In this document: positions 40,528 through 54,079 of the stretch, piece by piece
Numbering within the stretch: the first letter of the stretch is position 1
Layout: every line of letters begins with the position of its first letter
Origin: Gnetum montanum
Lineage: Eukaryota; Plantae; Gnetophyta
Direction: 5' to 3'
Length of the DNA stretch: 64,000 bases
Assembly (NCBI GenBank): GCA_015680685.1
Contig: MNCI01000542.1
Location: 747,889 to 811,888, forward strand
Position numbers and translations under genes: made by a program
The notes under the pieces: model-generated
Database searches by the model: none
Told to the model about the DNA's origin: nothing
What the model saw: only the letters and a program-made list of their open reading frames with translations

Positions 40528-41934
40528 GTTAACTACCTTGATTTTCCTACCATGACTAGTTTATGAAAATACTATTTAAATTGACACACCACTAAGTATT
40601 ATTGAGCCTTCTAAATACATGATTCCTTATGCCTTGTGCCTTGCATCACATGATATGTTGTGATTATATTCACAACAATCCACTTGTCTAACACAATTGG
40701 ACACATGCTAGCCATGTGTTGAAATGAATTATGAATTTTGGTTATTTGTCTATGAACCACTCTTAGGTCCATAATGTTTCTTTTTAATGTGATGTATGCC
40801 TTGAAGTTTGGGTCTTTGGCATTTCTACTTTTTGTTTCATTGTACCTTATTATTAAATTATTCCATTTAGTCCTTTTTGGCTAAGATTCCTTTATTTTTT
40901 ATTTTATTCCAAGGGTTTTTTACATGATGTTTGATGTAAGACTATCTTTGGCTTTTTTTCTTTAACATATTACCACTTTTTCCCTGAAACAAAAAATCAT
41001 ATGCATCCATGCTAGATTAAATGCGATCAACTCCAATTCATGAATCTTGATATGGATTATGATGAGTTGTTAAGTTTTGTTTGGTGGCATGCATAATGTC
41101 AAAGTGAAGTCTATATATGACTACAAAATAATAAATAGTTTTTCAAGTACTTTGTCTTCTTTTGACTTACTCTATAATCATATATTTTTTTAAAAAAATA
41201 AAAATTATATCATGTTTTATCATGATCATATTCATTATTGAAGGAAACTAATATTAAATTAATTCCTATCCTTATATATAATGTTCTATGGCTGATGTGA
41301 TCTTAATCAAAACTATTTCAAGATGTAAGAAATAATAATCATGTAAATATGAACCAAATAAAATGATATGAGATTGAATACTCATGATAAAATAAATCTA
41401 CAAATATGGAGAGGAAATATAGACTTTTAACTAGATCCTAAAAAATATGTTATTATTTAATGCATTGCAAAATATGTAGCAAAATTTGAAAAAAAAAGTG
41501 ACAATCCTTTTATGATATGTTACTTTGTAATACAAATTTATGAAAACCATAAGAAAAATGAAATGATTAGATATAAAAGAATCATGATGAATGCTATAGC
41601 TAATAGGGTACTCTAAAGGTTTTTCATATGTTATATAAAGTTCCCTTATGTGAATGTGGTAGAACATTTGATACAATAAATATATCTAAAGATATTTATA
41701 AAAGAGTTGTATTAATTACTAATGAAGATGAGGAACTTGAAACATACAAATTCATTATCAAAACATATTAAAAATAGATGATGAGAAATGGAACAAATTT
41801 AATTATTGAATTTTATAAAATATTTTATATTTAGTTTGAAAAATAAAGAGATACCATTTTGGAAGGCATAACAATAACTAGGTGTGGTGAAAACATATCC
41901 TATGTTTAGAGTTCCATCTTGTGCTAACTGAAAT

Positions 41935-42920
41935 TGTCGACGTCAGGTTGGAAGGAGAAAACAAACATCAAAAGATTGCTAGAGAGACACAACCGACCCT
42001 GGTGTCGTGTGAGGGCAAGCAAGAAAAGAAAATGAAGGTACAGTGCCTTGGATGGTCTGCACGCAAATCAACCAAGGACTTACCTGAGTGTAAGCTATAG
42101 CTTATGTTGGAGTTATCGTAATTGGTAATGTACAAAATGTAAGCAAAACGTAACCATGGCGGCATATACAGAAGCATGAAATAGATAAAATAGAGCAAAC
42201 AATGTAATGGAAGGCAAAAATGAACTGTATTGTATTGCTTAGAATGAATGTGCATCAGTCAAAGCATAGCTGCATGTGTGGGTGGCAAGTCAAGCGCTAA
42301 GCCCTGGGGTGATGTGCTTACAGGTGCTTGGATGCTAGGAGTCGCGTGTGCCGGAGCATCCAAAAGTTGCTGGTTAGTGTTTCCTAAGCCATCAACCTTC
42401 AAAATTGCCAACCCCATTTATGTGAATGGATGGGGTATTTATAAGGTTTGGCTAGGCTCAGGTTTGGAACTCATAGATGGATCAATGGCTGAGAAATGAG
42501 AGGAAAACAAATCATGTGACAGGTGTTATATGGACAACTGTGTGTGAATTGGATGTGTGTAGGTAGGCTACGTTCTTCACTAGATGCACTGTATCTTATA
42601 ATGTGTATTGGTTTACGCAAGCTAGCTTACGCCGGTAGAAGCAGATACAATTTGGAGTGTAAGAGCTTTACCAGCTCACAAATGATGAAAATTTACAATG
42701 AAAATGATAATGTACAACAAGAGAAATTGACTTTGGCTCGCTTGGAACTTGTTGACATGGATTGACTACTGCAAGGTGCTAATGTGAGTGGTTTCATGAG
42801 TTGATTTTGTCTTGGCATGTCCTCAGTGTGTGTTTGATGTGCTTTTGACCAGGTGTGATCAGTACTCATGCTAGACTCATGTTGTACTCATGCTGCTAGC
42901 GTGACCTGATGAAAATGACA
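41935..42920 (-). mobile_element. Possible solo LTR of an unrelated family
   Basis: Higher-GC block bounded by TGTCG...CGTCAGG and CCTGATG...TGACA, with a minus-strand TATAAATA near 42440. No matching TSD found. Confidence 0.35.
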
Positions 42921-44351
42921 CATTTCACACATCCAATAATGGGTAGGGAAAAAATAATAGATTATTATTGTACATAGTTGTTACTTCACTATCCATTTAG
43001 TGAAGTAAAATATGATATAGGTAGAAATAATTAAAAAATTAAATTAAAAGGAATATTTAATTGATACATATATGAAATTGAAGTAAAGATATTTGATGAA
43101 GGTTTTGAATATGCTTATGAAGAAGAGAATTAGTACAAAGACATAATTATCGAAAGGTGATGAGTGGCGAGGTACCCCTACACTCTACCATACAAATATG
43201 AGTGTGTACACACGATCTGGTCAAACTCCGCAGATGGACTAGTTGTGGTATCTAGATAGTTACACATTAATCACACTTCACTATCTTCCCAATTGGACTA
43301 GTATTGCTTTGTCACGTATGGTTTAGCCCAGAGTGAGGTGTATGATGTGGTTCTAAACTAGTGCTACTCTTGGAGGTAATGGAAAATAACTTTGATTAAG
43401 CTAAGAGAGAATGGGAGAAGAAAATCTAAGCTTGCCTAAGTGGGATGAGCATCCATCCTTAATCATCTGTATACATCTTGGACCTCATGTACTACCTCTG
43501 GGATTACCAAGTGTATATTACTTAAGCACTCCTAGATACACTACTTGGATACCAAGTAGTCACACTTAAATGCTCATGATTAAGTTGTACTCATTATGTG
43601 TTTAACAATAGGAATAGCAAATGATGGTAAAGAAATATTAACTAATAAAATAATAAATAACAATAACAATTAAACAATTAAAACTAAGTGAATGTTGCAA
43701 TGATGGAGTAATCTCGATCTTTATTGCCGATCATGTGCATGTCCAAGTATGTCACACTTGAATAAAGGTTCTATACAATCACAAACATCACATTGTGGGC
43801 ATGCACTTGGGAAAATAGTCTAACTCCTACGAAAACCAACTTCAAGAGCTTCACTACAACTTGAACATAATAATCCTAAATGTGGTAGGTGCATGCATAT
43901 TTATAGTGGAGAATGAACTCTAGATTGATGAGGCCATGTTAACGCATGGAAAGATGCATCAACGGGGTCTCGTTGACGTGGCCGTGTTGATGGGTGATGG
44001 GACGCGATATCGCGGCCGATACATTGCGGCCGATACATCGCGTACGCGATATCGCAGCCCACGCGATATCGCGTCTTGCCGTAGTGTTTATAAATAAAGG
44101 CGGTTGTCCCTTTATTTCATAGGATAGACCAATAGTAGGGAAACTCTAGCAGTTTGACCACTCCAGAGATAGATTAATTTCCATGTACCCGTAGTAGGAG
44201 TCTTCCAAGTGAATGGATCTTTATTCGAGCAACTTTGTACCTGAACGCAAGTTGTGTACGGCAATAAAGACGAGCTTTGTGGTTGATAAACCTTACAGTA
44301 CATGGATAGGATTTATTACATATTATTTCTTACCTGTTGTTAGTGCGCTCC

Positions 44352-44584
44352 AAGTACGACTTGATTACGAGCATCCACGGATGTTTACGGCTAGTCAAGG
44401 AATCGGCTACTCGACGCAACGCGGCATGAGTACGACTTGATTACGAGCATTGACGAATGTGTACGGCTAATCAAGGAATCGGCTACTCATCATAGTTAGG
44501 CTAGATCGTGTGATAAGTACGACTTAGTTACCAAGCACTTACGGGTGTGTACGGCTAGCTAAGGAATCAGCTGCTTATCACACG
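44352..44584 (+). repeat. Three tandem hairpin-forming units inside the LTR (second copy 50826-51059)
   Basis: AGTACGACTT..TTAC.AGCA...TACGGCTA...AAGGAATC.GCT repeated three times, with self-complementary arms. Confidence 0.9.
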
Positions 44585-45007
44585 TAGGCTAGAGAGGCTA
44601 GTTCAGTGCCTCAGTACTACCACTTCGAGCATGTGCGTTACGTGTGGGATCCCAGTAACGATTAGCGTTTGGTAACCACAGTTGCATAGTTCAAGGTGTG
44701 TACAACAAGTGGGAACGGATGCTGCCGCTAGTTAACTTAGACTTAGGACCATAGTTAGAGTTAGTTAGTTTCTCAACCCTTCACCCCATAGCATAGGAGA
44801 AAAGCCAAAAATACCAAAAAAATCATATACCTCGGACTTACTTAACCATACACCGTGACAACAACAAGTAAGTCTGGGAAGACAACGAATGATTAACCCC
44901 AAGTGTTTCATAGGCATTTAGGCATTTAGTCTGCGGAGTTCTACCGGATCGCACGTGCTACGCTCGTTTCGTATGGTTGAGTGTAGGGGTACCTCGCCAC
45001 TCATCAT

Positions 45008-45025
45008 TGGCGCCGTTGCCGGGGA
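45008..45025 (+). other. Primer binding site complementary to the tRNA-Asp 3' end
   Basis: TGGCGCCGTTGCCGGGGA one base after the LTR end; this is the canonical Athila PBS. Confidence 0.92.
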
Positions 45026-45147
45026 CTAAGTGTTTGTACACGAATAGAACATAAGGGAGATCACTCACATCATTGTGAGCCTTAACAAACCTTTGGGTTA
45101 ATCAGTTAATCAAGAACTTAGATAACAGTGAACAACACACCGATAAG

Positions 45148-48100
45148 ATGGCTTCTTCTCATAAACTTAACTCACCTAGGAACAACACAGAAGACAGTCA
45201 GAACCAGCCATGTCCTAAACAGTACAAGGTAGTTTATACTCATCCCGATGAGTATACTCCTGACTTTACCTTTATCCTCCATCAAGACGATCAACTAAGG
45301 TGGAGAGACCTGCAAGGTAACATTGTGTTACCCCCGGATAGATCAATCTCTAACATGCTCTACCGTGCCTTGGCATAGATAGGCATGACAGAATTGTTCG
45401 CTGAATACATTGCTGAGAACTTCGATGTAAGGGATTATCATCCCATAGATGCACAACGTAGAAGGGACTTAAGGCAGGAGAGCCAAAACAACTTGTTGAA
45501 GGGCAAGGTTCCCCATGTCCTTAGTGAAATAGGAGACGAAGAAACGCTCATAGTAGGTTTCTTAGAAAACGATGTTCCTCCTCCTCACAATAATGAAGAG
45601 GATAGACATCAAGGCCTTTGATCAACTGTACATGTTACAGGCCCTGATTCCTGTGAGCACCAACTGTTCAAGGCAGGAACTATCACTCACCCTAAGGATG
45701 GACACTTGGATCGTTATAACGATCAGGGCCAAAGCAGCCGAAGAGAAGGTAAGAGACATCATCGTGGTGATGGACCCCCTTCTTCTTCTCCTTCATCTCA
45801 CCATTCACACTCTCCTTCCACATCCGGGCGCAACCATCGTGAGCACAATGGAGAGGATAGAGGTAGGGTAGATGAAAGACCTCAACAAGAAGGTTGAGAG
45901 GAGTTAGGACAAGGGCAAGGACATAGGGAGAGTAGAGAACCATGAAGACATCACAGGCGTCATGATAGAGATGATCATGATGAGCCTCTACTCACAACCC
46001 GAAGCATGCTCGATATTACAGAGGCAGTTAGGATCCCCACAAGGCACTTAAAAGATAGTAGGATCAAGCGTTTGGACATAAATAATATCCCACGTTTTGA
46101 AGGGGGATACAACACTGATCCTCAACATCATTTACAGGCAATCCACGATGCCTATGCCTTGTAGAACATTGAAAATGAGTGGCAAAAACTCAAGTTGTTC
46201 CCAATGACACTCACTAAGGAAGTAGAAAGATGGTACCGGTCCTTAGAACCGGAAACCATCAGGAGGTGGAGTACGATGCTTGAACTGTTCAACGAGAAGT
46301 ATCAAATGTACTCCAGAGTGTCCAACTTGCATAAGCAGATCCAAGGCTGGAAGCAAGGTACACACAAATCCTTGGATGCTGCCATGGCCCGTTACTACAC
46401 ATTGCTACATCATTGCCCAGGCCATGGATACGCTAGGCGGGATCAACTTCGCCACATCGTGGATGGGCTTAGAAATGAAACGAGGAGGACTCTTGGGACT
46501 TATGCCCAAGGGAGACTCGCCAAACTTAGAGCCCATGAAGTTGAAGGTTTGTTGGAGCAAGTAGCGCAAGAAGAGGGTGAGCTACGTAAGCAGGAAAGTG
46601 CGGAAGAGTACAACTGTGATCCCTCCCTTCGCAAGAAGGGAGTAAAATTTTGTGATGACGAGGATGAGTCACCAATTGAAGAATTGGTGAATTGTAAGAC
46701 TTTGCCGATACAAAAGTTAACAACGGAGGTATCGGCCAAAGTAGATCAAATGTGGGATTCCTTAGACTCCAGGATAGAAATAGTTCTGAAAATCGTAGAA
46801 GAGTCTAAGGTTGAATCGAGTAGTGAAAAAGGGACAACCAAGTGGAGAAATGGAAGCCCTGCACATAACAAGGGTAAGGGGAAAAATCCTATCTCCGATG
46901 AGGCTGAAATTTCTGACACAGTCAATGATAGTGGATGTGAGGTCTGCTACTATGACCATCCCAAGGGATGTTGCCCAATTATCTCACATCTACAGGAGTC
47001 TGGGTTGTATGCATTAAATCCAAGACTTAATCAATGGCAAACACCCAGGAGGTTACCGTATCCACAAGGTAACCCAAGGCAGTTCCACCAACCCTTGATG
47101 TATTATCCAAGTGGAATGCCTCCTCAGCCCATTGGATGACATCAACAATGGAAGTATCCACAGTCATGGGGGATGCCACCGCCGACACATCAGTGCCCTT
47201 ACCGGCAACCTGATCCTTATGATTATTATGTGCAGTAGCCGGTTTCTCCAGGTGACTCTATGAGTCACGCAACTCCCAACCGTCACTACGAGGTTCGGGA
47301 GTACTTCCGAAGGACTCCTTCTCCTCTGGGAGCCACTCCATTCCCACATCATCCTCCTCATACATTCGTACCTCTTCCTCCACAAGTAGTTCCTGTAACA
47401 CCTCCTGCTCCAACAATCCAAGGGGAACTTCCTCCTCAACCGTAGCAACGTCATGCCGCGAGAGCTGTAAATATACAACATGTAGATAGTCAACCGGGTA
47501 CTAGTTCTGCCAATTGTAATTGTACAAAGAAGAGATCTTTTTTCAGAACTAGGAGCCTAGACAGACTCTCGCAACAACAGGCGGTTGAGTATGTTGATAG
47601 GCCTCTAACCACTAACGCTTCGGAGAACCCTTCAGTCCAAAGGGGTAGTACACAAACGGTTATGTTAACACATACCGTAACTAACTGGATAAAGGTAGGC
47701 CACCTTCCTAGGAAACTAATTGACCCTGAGAGCCCCTTAATTTATTTACAGATCGCCGGAAATGCACCACATCGAGCTCTTCTTGACTCAGGTTCCGGAG
47801 TCAACTTAATTTCACAACAGATGTATCAAGCCTGGAACCTGCCTCAACTCAAGAAGAGTAACATACAACTCGAGCTAGCAGACCAGTCCATCACCATTCC
47901 CTTGGGATTGGTTGAGGACGCCATTACCACTGTGTGTGGTTGGTCCTACCCAGCGGATTTCCTGGTGATCGAGGTAAACAACGAAGGGGACCTCCCAATT
48001 ATAATGGGAAGACCGTGGCTAAGTACTGTAGATGCGTACCTAGGAATCCGTGATCTTTCCTTGCAAATTTCTAAGATTAACATATGTGGAAAGATCGAGA

Positions 48101-48477
48101 AGAAGAAAGTTCCATGCATCACATACAGTGATTCATCGGGTGATGACATGGAGGATATGTCTCCATGTGAGAGGTGTGCCCATGAAACTGAAACACATAG
48201 ATGCCTGTATGTAGCAACCACACAACCTGTAGTAGACATCCCGTGGTTGACAGCTACTTGTAGGAGCAAAAAAACATGAATGGAATGAACTGAGGAAACC
48301 CATGTTAACACTGAAAGCATATACACATTGGAACATGAGCGTCGCCAACTTCCACCCCTCAACTTAAGAACATCAGCAGGGAGAAGTTGGGCACTTCTTA
48401 GAAATTCTAATAGGTGCTCACTATTTCGGATCTCTCCCTTCCAACTCAGTCATGGGGGAGATGGCCACCTATGCTAA
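45148..48477 (+). pseudogene. Gag-aspartic protease polyprotein, single reading frame with 10 premature stops
   Basis: ORFs at 45148, 45385, 45706, 46195, 47260 and 47662 are all in one frame. LKLFPMTLTKEVERWYRSL (gag), CEVCYYDHPKGCC (knuckle), ALLDSGSGVNLI...PIIMGRPWL (protease). Confidence 0.9.
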
Positions 48478-51400
48478 TCATATGGGGCCCTCACGTCTTT
48501 TTCAGTTTTTTTTTTAAACATTTTTGTTTTACAAATTTCTTTAACTTTATCTATTTTTGTTTTACAAATTTCTTTAACTTTTCTTGTTTTTGTTTTACAC
48601 CATTGTTATACTTTTCCATTTTGTGTGTGTGTGTGTGCCATCCACCATGTAACTTCATCACCTAATAAGTGTTCGGGCCGATGGGATGAACTGTTTTCCA
48701 TTAATTGCTAATGTTTGGTTTTTACTTTTGAGTTACAATGTTAATGCTAAGGTATGTTCTTTTGATATGGCAGGCAATGAGTTCACTTCATCCATCCATC
48801 CATCAAATCTATGGTTCCTCTTGGCTTGGAAATGTACAGTCGCCCTTCTTAATAAGAACTTTAACGAATCGGTGACTGGGTACTTCTCAAACTAAGGAAG
48901 GACTCAAGGTCTGAAAAGGGTGTGACTTCAAGGAAACTTGATGCATTTGTGTTAACCGTTCACTTGGGTGCTTGGATGTTTTCTTCTTAAGTTCTCTCGC
49001 CATCCCGATGTTACCCATTCTTTGGAAGCTGAGACAATAAAAATAAGAAGTCTTTGCATGGTGTGGTCCCCATGCAGAAAAATACAAAACACAAAAAGAA
49101 AAAAAAGGAAAAAGAGAAAAGAAAAACAAACAAAGTGAGGATTCAAAGCACACCCCTTAGACAGAATAACTTTGGGCTACAAGCACTGGTTATGGAACCA
49201 ATGTGTTCCCTCTAACTAAGGCCCTTCTTGCTTCCCATTCTCTCCTTGTTTCGTTGGAATGGTGGTGGCTTTTGGAGGTGCATTCTTGTTACTCCAGTGT
49301 ATGGTTTGACCAAGTGTATTGATGCGAAGTCACTGGATGTGGTTGGTTTGAGACCCGAGATGGAATGAGATCTGCCAAGTCACATTAATCATGTAACACA
49401 CAAGGGGATGTACACCACCTTGTCCTTGGGATTCCATTCCATCCTCTCCTCTCCACCATTATCTCCACTATCCACCTCATTGCCAGTTGTCTCATTAGTG
49501 TATATCTTTGTAGATACATTGTTTTCTTTTTGGTAAATTCTTCCTGTTAGGACTTTAACTCTTGTTCCAAAGGACATTCCTAGAGCCTATGGACTCTTCG
49601 AATGTGGGATTGTCAGGGCACTAAGGGCATGAGCCTACTTTGGGGAGGACCCACTAACATTCCTATTTGGAGTCTTAGTTAATCTCTTTACCTTAACATT
49701 TTGCAATGAATCATTATTTTGTTCATTTCCATTTTGACATCTCTTTTATCGCTGTCCTAGTTGTCCATTTTTATTTCCTATCCTTACTCCTTTCCTTTCT
49801 CCATTCTAACACTACCGGAGGTTCGCGATTAGTCATGGGGGTATGGGGCCCTGATTTTTTGATTTTTCTCCTACGCCCTGGATTTTTTCGTTTCTCTTCC
49901 TAACCCCTACACCTTCGGTAGTCACCACTTATCTATTCCCAGATCCATATCAGCCATACCACAACCCAGCCAATGGACTTACACCGATGCAAGGTATAAT
50001 CACATTGAAATTCATCTATCCTTGCTAATATAAGACTGTGTTGTGTGTGTAGATGGCAGACATAAAGTTAACAGACTGGATTTGGAGCAAACACTAGGAG
50101 TGGAGCAGTACTGAAATAGCTAGCCAAGGAGCAAGATGGATGATGCGCTTACGGATGGACAATGAAAGGCGCACTCTAGGCGTTGTCAGCAACAAGACAT
50201 CTTCTCTCTTCTTCTCTTCTATTCTCTCTTCTCTTTTCTCTCAGCTGCCAACTATGGCCCGATGTCAATGTAATAAGGTGTTCCCCCTTGTTGTCATGAA
50301 CACCAATTATGTCAAGTCTTGTAATAATGATCTGTTCACATGTCATCCCATTAGTTACATTCCCCTAATAATCCCATACCTACCTGATATCATTGTAAGG
50401 AACTCAAGGAAAATTTTTCATTTAGTCATGGGGGTATGATGGGATGCGATATCGTGGCCGATACATCGCGTACACGATATCGCAGCCCATGCGATATCGC
50501 GTACGCAATATCGTGTCCTAGACTGCGATATCGCATACGCGATATCGCGTCCTGCCGCAGTGTTTATAAATAAAGGCAGTTGTCCCTTCATTTCATAGGA
50601 TAGGCCAATAGTAGGGAAAATCTAGTAGTTTGACCACTCTAGAGATAGATTAATTTCCATGTACTCACAGTAGGAGTCTCCCAAGTGAACGGATCTTTAT
50701 TCGAGCAACTTTGTACCTGAACGGAAGTTGTGTACGGCAATAAAGACGAGCTTTGTGGTTGATAAACCTTGCAGTACATGGATAGGATTTATTACATGTT
50801 ATTTCTTACCTGTTGTTAGTGTGCTTCGAGTACGAATTGATTACGAGCATCCACGGATGTGTATGGCTAGTCAAGGAATCGGCTACTCGACGCAACGCGG
50901 CATGAGTACGACTTGATTATGAGCATTGATGAATGTGTACAGCTAATCAAGGAATCGGCTACTCATCGCGGTTAGGCTAGATCGTGTGCTAAGTACGACT
51001 TAGTTACGAGCACTTACGGGAGTGTACGGCTAGCTAAGGAATCAGCTGCTTATCACACGTAGGCTAGAGAGGGTAGTTGGGTGCCTCAATACGACCACTT
51101 CGAGCATGTGCATTATGTGTGGGATCCCAGTAACGATTAGCATTTGGTAACCACAGTTGCATAGTTCAGGGTGTGTACGGCAAGTGGGAATGGATGTTGA
51201 CGCTAGTTAACTTAGACTTAGGACCGTAGTTAGAGTTAGTTAGTTTCTCAACCCTTCACCCCATAGCATAGGAGAAAAGCCAAAAATACCAAAAAATCAT
51301 ATACATCGAACTTACTTAACCATACACCGTGACAACAACAAGTAAGTCTGGGAAGACAACGAATGATTAACCCCAAGTGTTTCATAGGTGTTTAGGCATT

Positions 51401-54079
51401 TAGTCTGCAGAGTTCGACCGGATCGTGCGTGCTACGCTCGTTTCGTATGGTTGAGTGTAGGGGTACCTCGCCACTCATCAATGGTGCTTCGTTAATGCGG
51501 CCTAGTTCACATTGTCCACTAGATGCTTCATCATACCTCCACGACTGAATAATAACTAGTCCTTGAGTCAAAAAAAATGAGAAATAAGTGCAATTAATTA
51601 CACAGTGGATAGGTATGGGATTATTGACTACTAGGAATTTACTCATGCTATAGTGTGGAATTAAACAAAACAAAATTGGGACACAGACACAATGTGTAGA
51701 ATGAAAAATTATTGGAACTCATGTGGTTCCTGGTGATGGTGGCTCCTCCATGGGTGCCTTTCCTTTATCCTACACTCCAGGCTTCTAAGATTCGTATCAT
51801 TGAAGAAGCACCTAAAGTTTCTCCTCTTCTATCAGAGGATCATGAGTTGTCCATGCTAATGTTCCAATGTTTGATGGAGTTCACAGCTCCCATGGGCATG
51901 AAAGTTGCAAAAATATCTAGTTGGACTTGACATAACAAGCTGCAATAGCTGTCATTCCTCTTCATAGGCTTTGGCCCTAACCTCTCCACCATTTTCTTGG
52001 CTAGATTATGTAGTGATAGGAGTTCTTGATGAATGCTTCATTTGGATGCACCTTGCGAGGGTCCTCTTTGCTGTTCTCTTTTAGGGACCATCTACAATCA
52101 CATGGGATTGATTATTAGTAAGGCTATTTACAAAATTAGATTAATACCTTACTCCTTGCCCTTAATATATTCATTTCTTTCTTAGTGTGATTTAGGATTA
52201 GATATTTTCATGAAAATTCCCCTAAAGGTTTTAATATTGGGCCCAATTTGATTAGGTGACTCCAATGAATAATTTGCATGGTTTGGATGAAGGGATAAAA
52301 TTAATTTGACAATGCTTTTAGTAGTTTTGAGGTCACTTACCCTTGATAATATCCTTTAGGAAATGATGAATTTTTAAAAAACTACTACATGCAACTTGAC
52401 ACGTACCAGTCCCCCATGACTAAGTGAAACACTCTAGGTTATGGTGCATAGGAATGTTGGAATGTAAAATGATGATAAAGGGAAAGATAATTGGAGTAAT
52501 GTAGTACTTGGAGGATGTAAGATGATGTGGTGATGTGTAAAGAGTGCAAATTACAAAAATTATGCAAGTGGGTCATCCCTAAAGTAGGTTCCTACCTATG
52601 ATGCCCTTATGTAACCACACCTGAAAATGTCTGTAGGCACTAAAAGGGTTAAATGCAATCCACACCAATTTCACAAAACACACACATGTAGATATCACTG
52701 AGATGAGGTATGAATTCAATTCTACACAAGGCACAAGTCAAAAATACATGAACAATGATATGAGGTGAATTGTAGAAGGGATTGTAGAGATTAAGACATG
52801 AGGTAATTGACCTAGGACACAATGAATCCTTAGTGTATGGCATAATTAATGTGTCATTAGCCCGTCGCTCCAAAATCAAGATGAAGTTCATTCCTCCGAT
52901 CAATGACATCGCATTATTTCATCCAATGATGGACAACCATAAGAGCATCATGATAGCAAGGCATATAATCACTTGGCATTTTGTTTAAGGGAGGAGTGAT
53001 TTGAAATTTCTTTGTGGCACATTTGTTTTTATTTGGCTACTTTGGCACACTTTTTTCTGATGGCTGCTTTGGCACTTTGTCCTTTCCAATTAGTGAACCA
53101 AAGAAGCTGCCAACCTTCAGGCATGGGTGCATGTCTTTCCAATGGAACCCTTGGAACAACATTAAGTTTCTTTATTAAGTGCCTTATTACTCTTATTCCC
53201 ATTTTTTGTTAGATCTACAAGGACCTTAGTACAACCAAGCTGCATGATAGCACCTACAAATGTCACCAAAGGAATCCACAAGTTCCCTTGATGTCACACC
53301 CTGGCCATTCCCTCTTAGTTTAGCACTTTTCACTTTGGGCATAATAAGCACAAGATGACTTTAAGTTTTAATGATGACAAAAATATCATCAAACCTAGAG
53401 TAGAACCTCTTATTAATAGAATGGGTGGGTGTGGGCTCACTGTCCAAATAATTAGTCACCTAAGAATTGATAGCATAGAAAAACACCTCAACCAATAAGC
53501 CACATGAGTATTTTATTTACCAATGAGATTACCATCAAAAAGATAAAACAATAAATTGGAAATGAAAAAACTAGAAAGTAAAAAATTGTAAAATCAAAGA
53601 AAAGGAAAATCATTTACTAATTTTTCTTATTAGAATGGAGGATATCCCCCATAACTAAACTTTTGAGCATGGCTAGAATTAATAAATATAAAATGCAGAT
53701 CCATGCACATGGGAAATATTGGAGTATGGTCATATCTAAACCACTGGGTGTCTTTTGATGTGATGGTTGGAATGTACTCAAATTGGGGTTCACACACTTA
53801 ATTAAAGTAGGCATAGTTGAGCAAATTATAAGATGTGGTTAATTGATAAGGAGTTGACCCACCATGGCACCCATGATTGTAAGATGGTATGCAAGGATCG
53901 ATATGTCTCCCCATGTGGCTATATTCATTGGGCTACATGGTTGTTGGAGTGTTGATTGATGGCCTAGATAGAGTAATAGAAGACATTAAGTTCGAGGAGG
54001 TAGATGCATCATAGCGTTGAACTTGTGCTGAGTTGGAGGATGCAATGGTTTCATAACCGTGTTATGTCTTTCTACGATC

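Larger units (their letters stand above)
43995..51480 (+). mobile_element. Full-length non-autonomous Athila-like LTR retrotransposon (gag-protease only), nested in the host 3' LTR
   Basis: Highly similar LTRs 43995-45006 and 50437-51480 (TGATG...CATCA). TSD ATGGG/ATGGT. PBS at 45008-45025. PPT AGTCATGGGGGTA at 50424-50436. Confidence 0.96.

Noticed and set aside
42895-42925. CTGATGA..AAA hammerhead-like core (retrozyme)
   Set aside because: No flanking helices or properly placed GAAA and cleavage triplet could be formed.
44352-44584. CRISPR-like repeat-spacer appearance
   Set aside because: Eukaryotic LTR context, units about 60 bp and divergent, duplicated with the LTR, and no cas genes.
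45148-48477. Stops restored by U-to-C RNA editing or readthrough
   Set aside because: Such editing is organellar. The LTR pair and other repeats here show the same C>T/G>A bias, so DNA deamination is sufficient.
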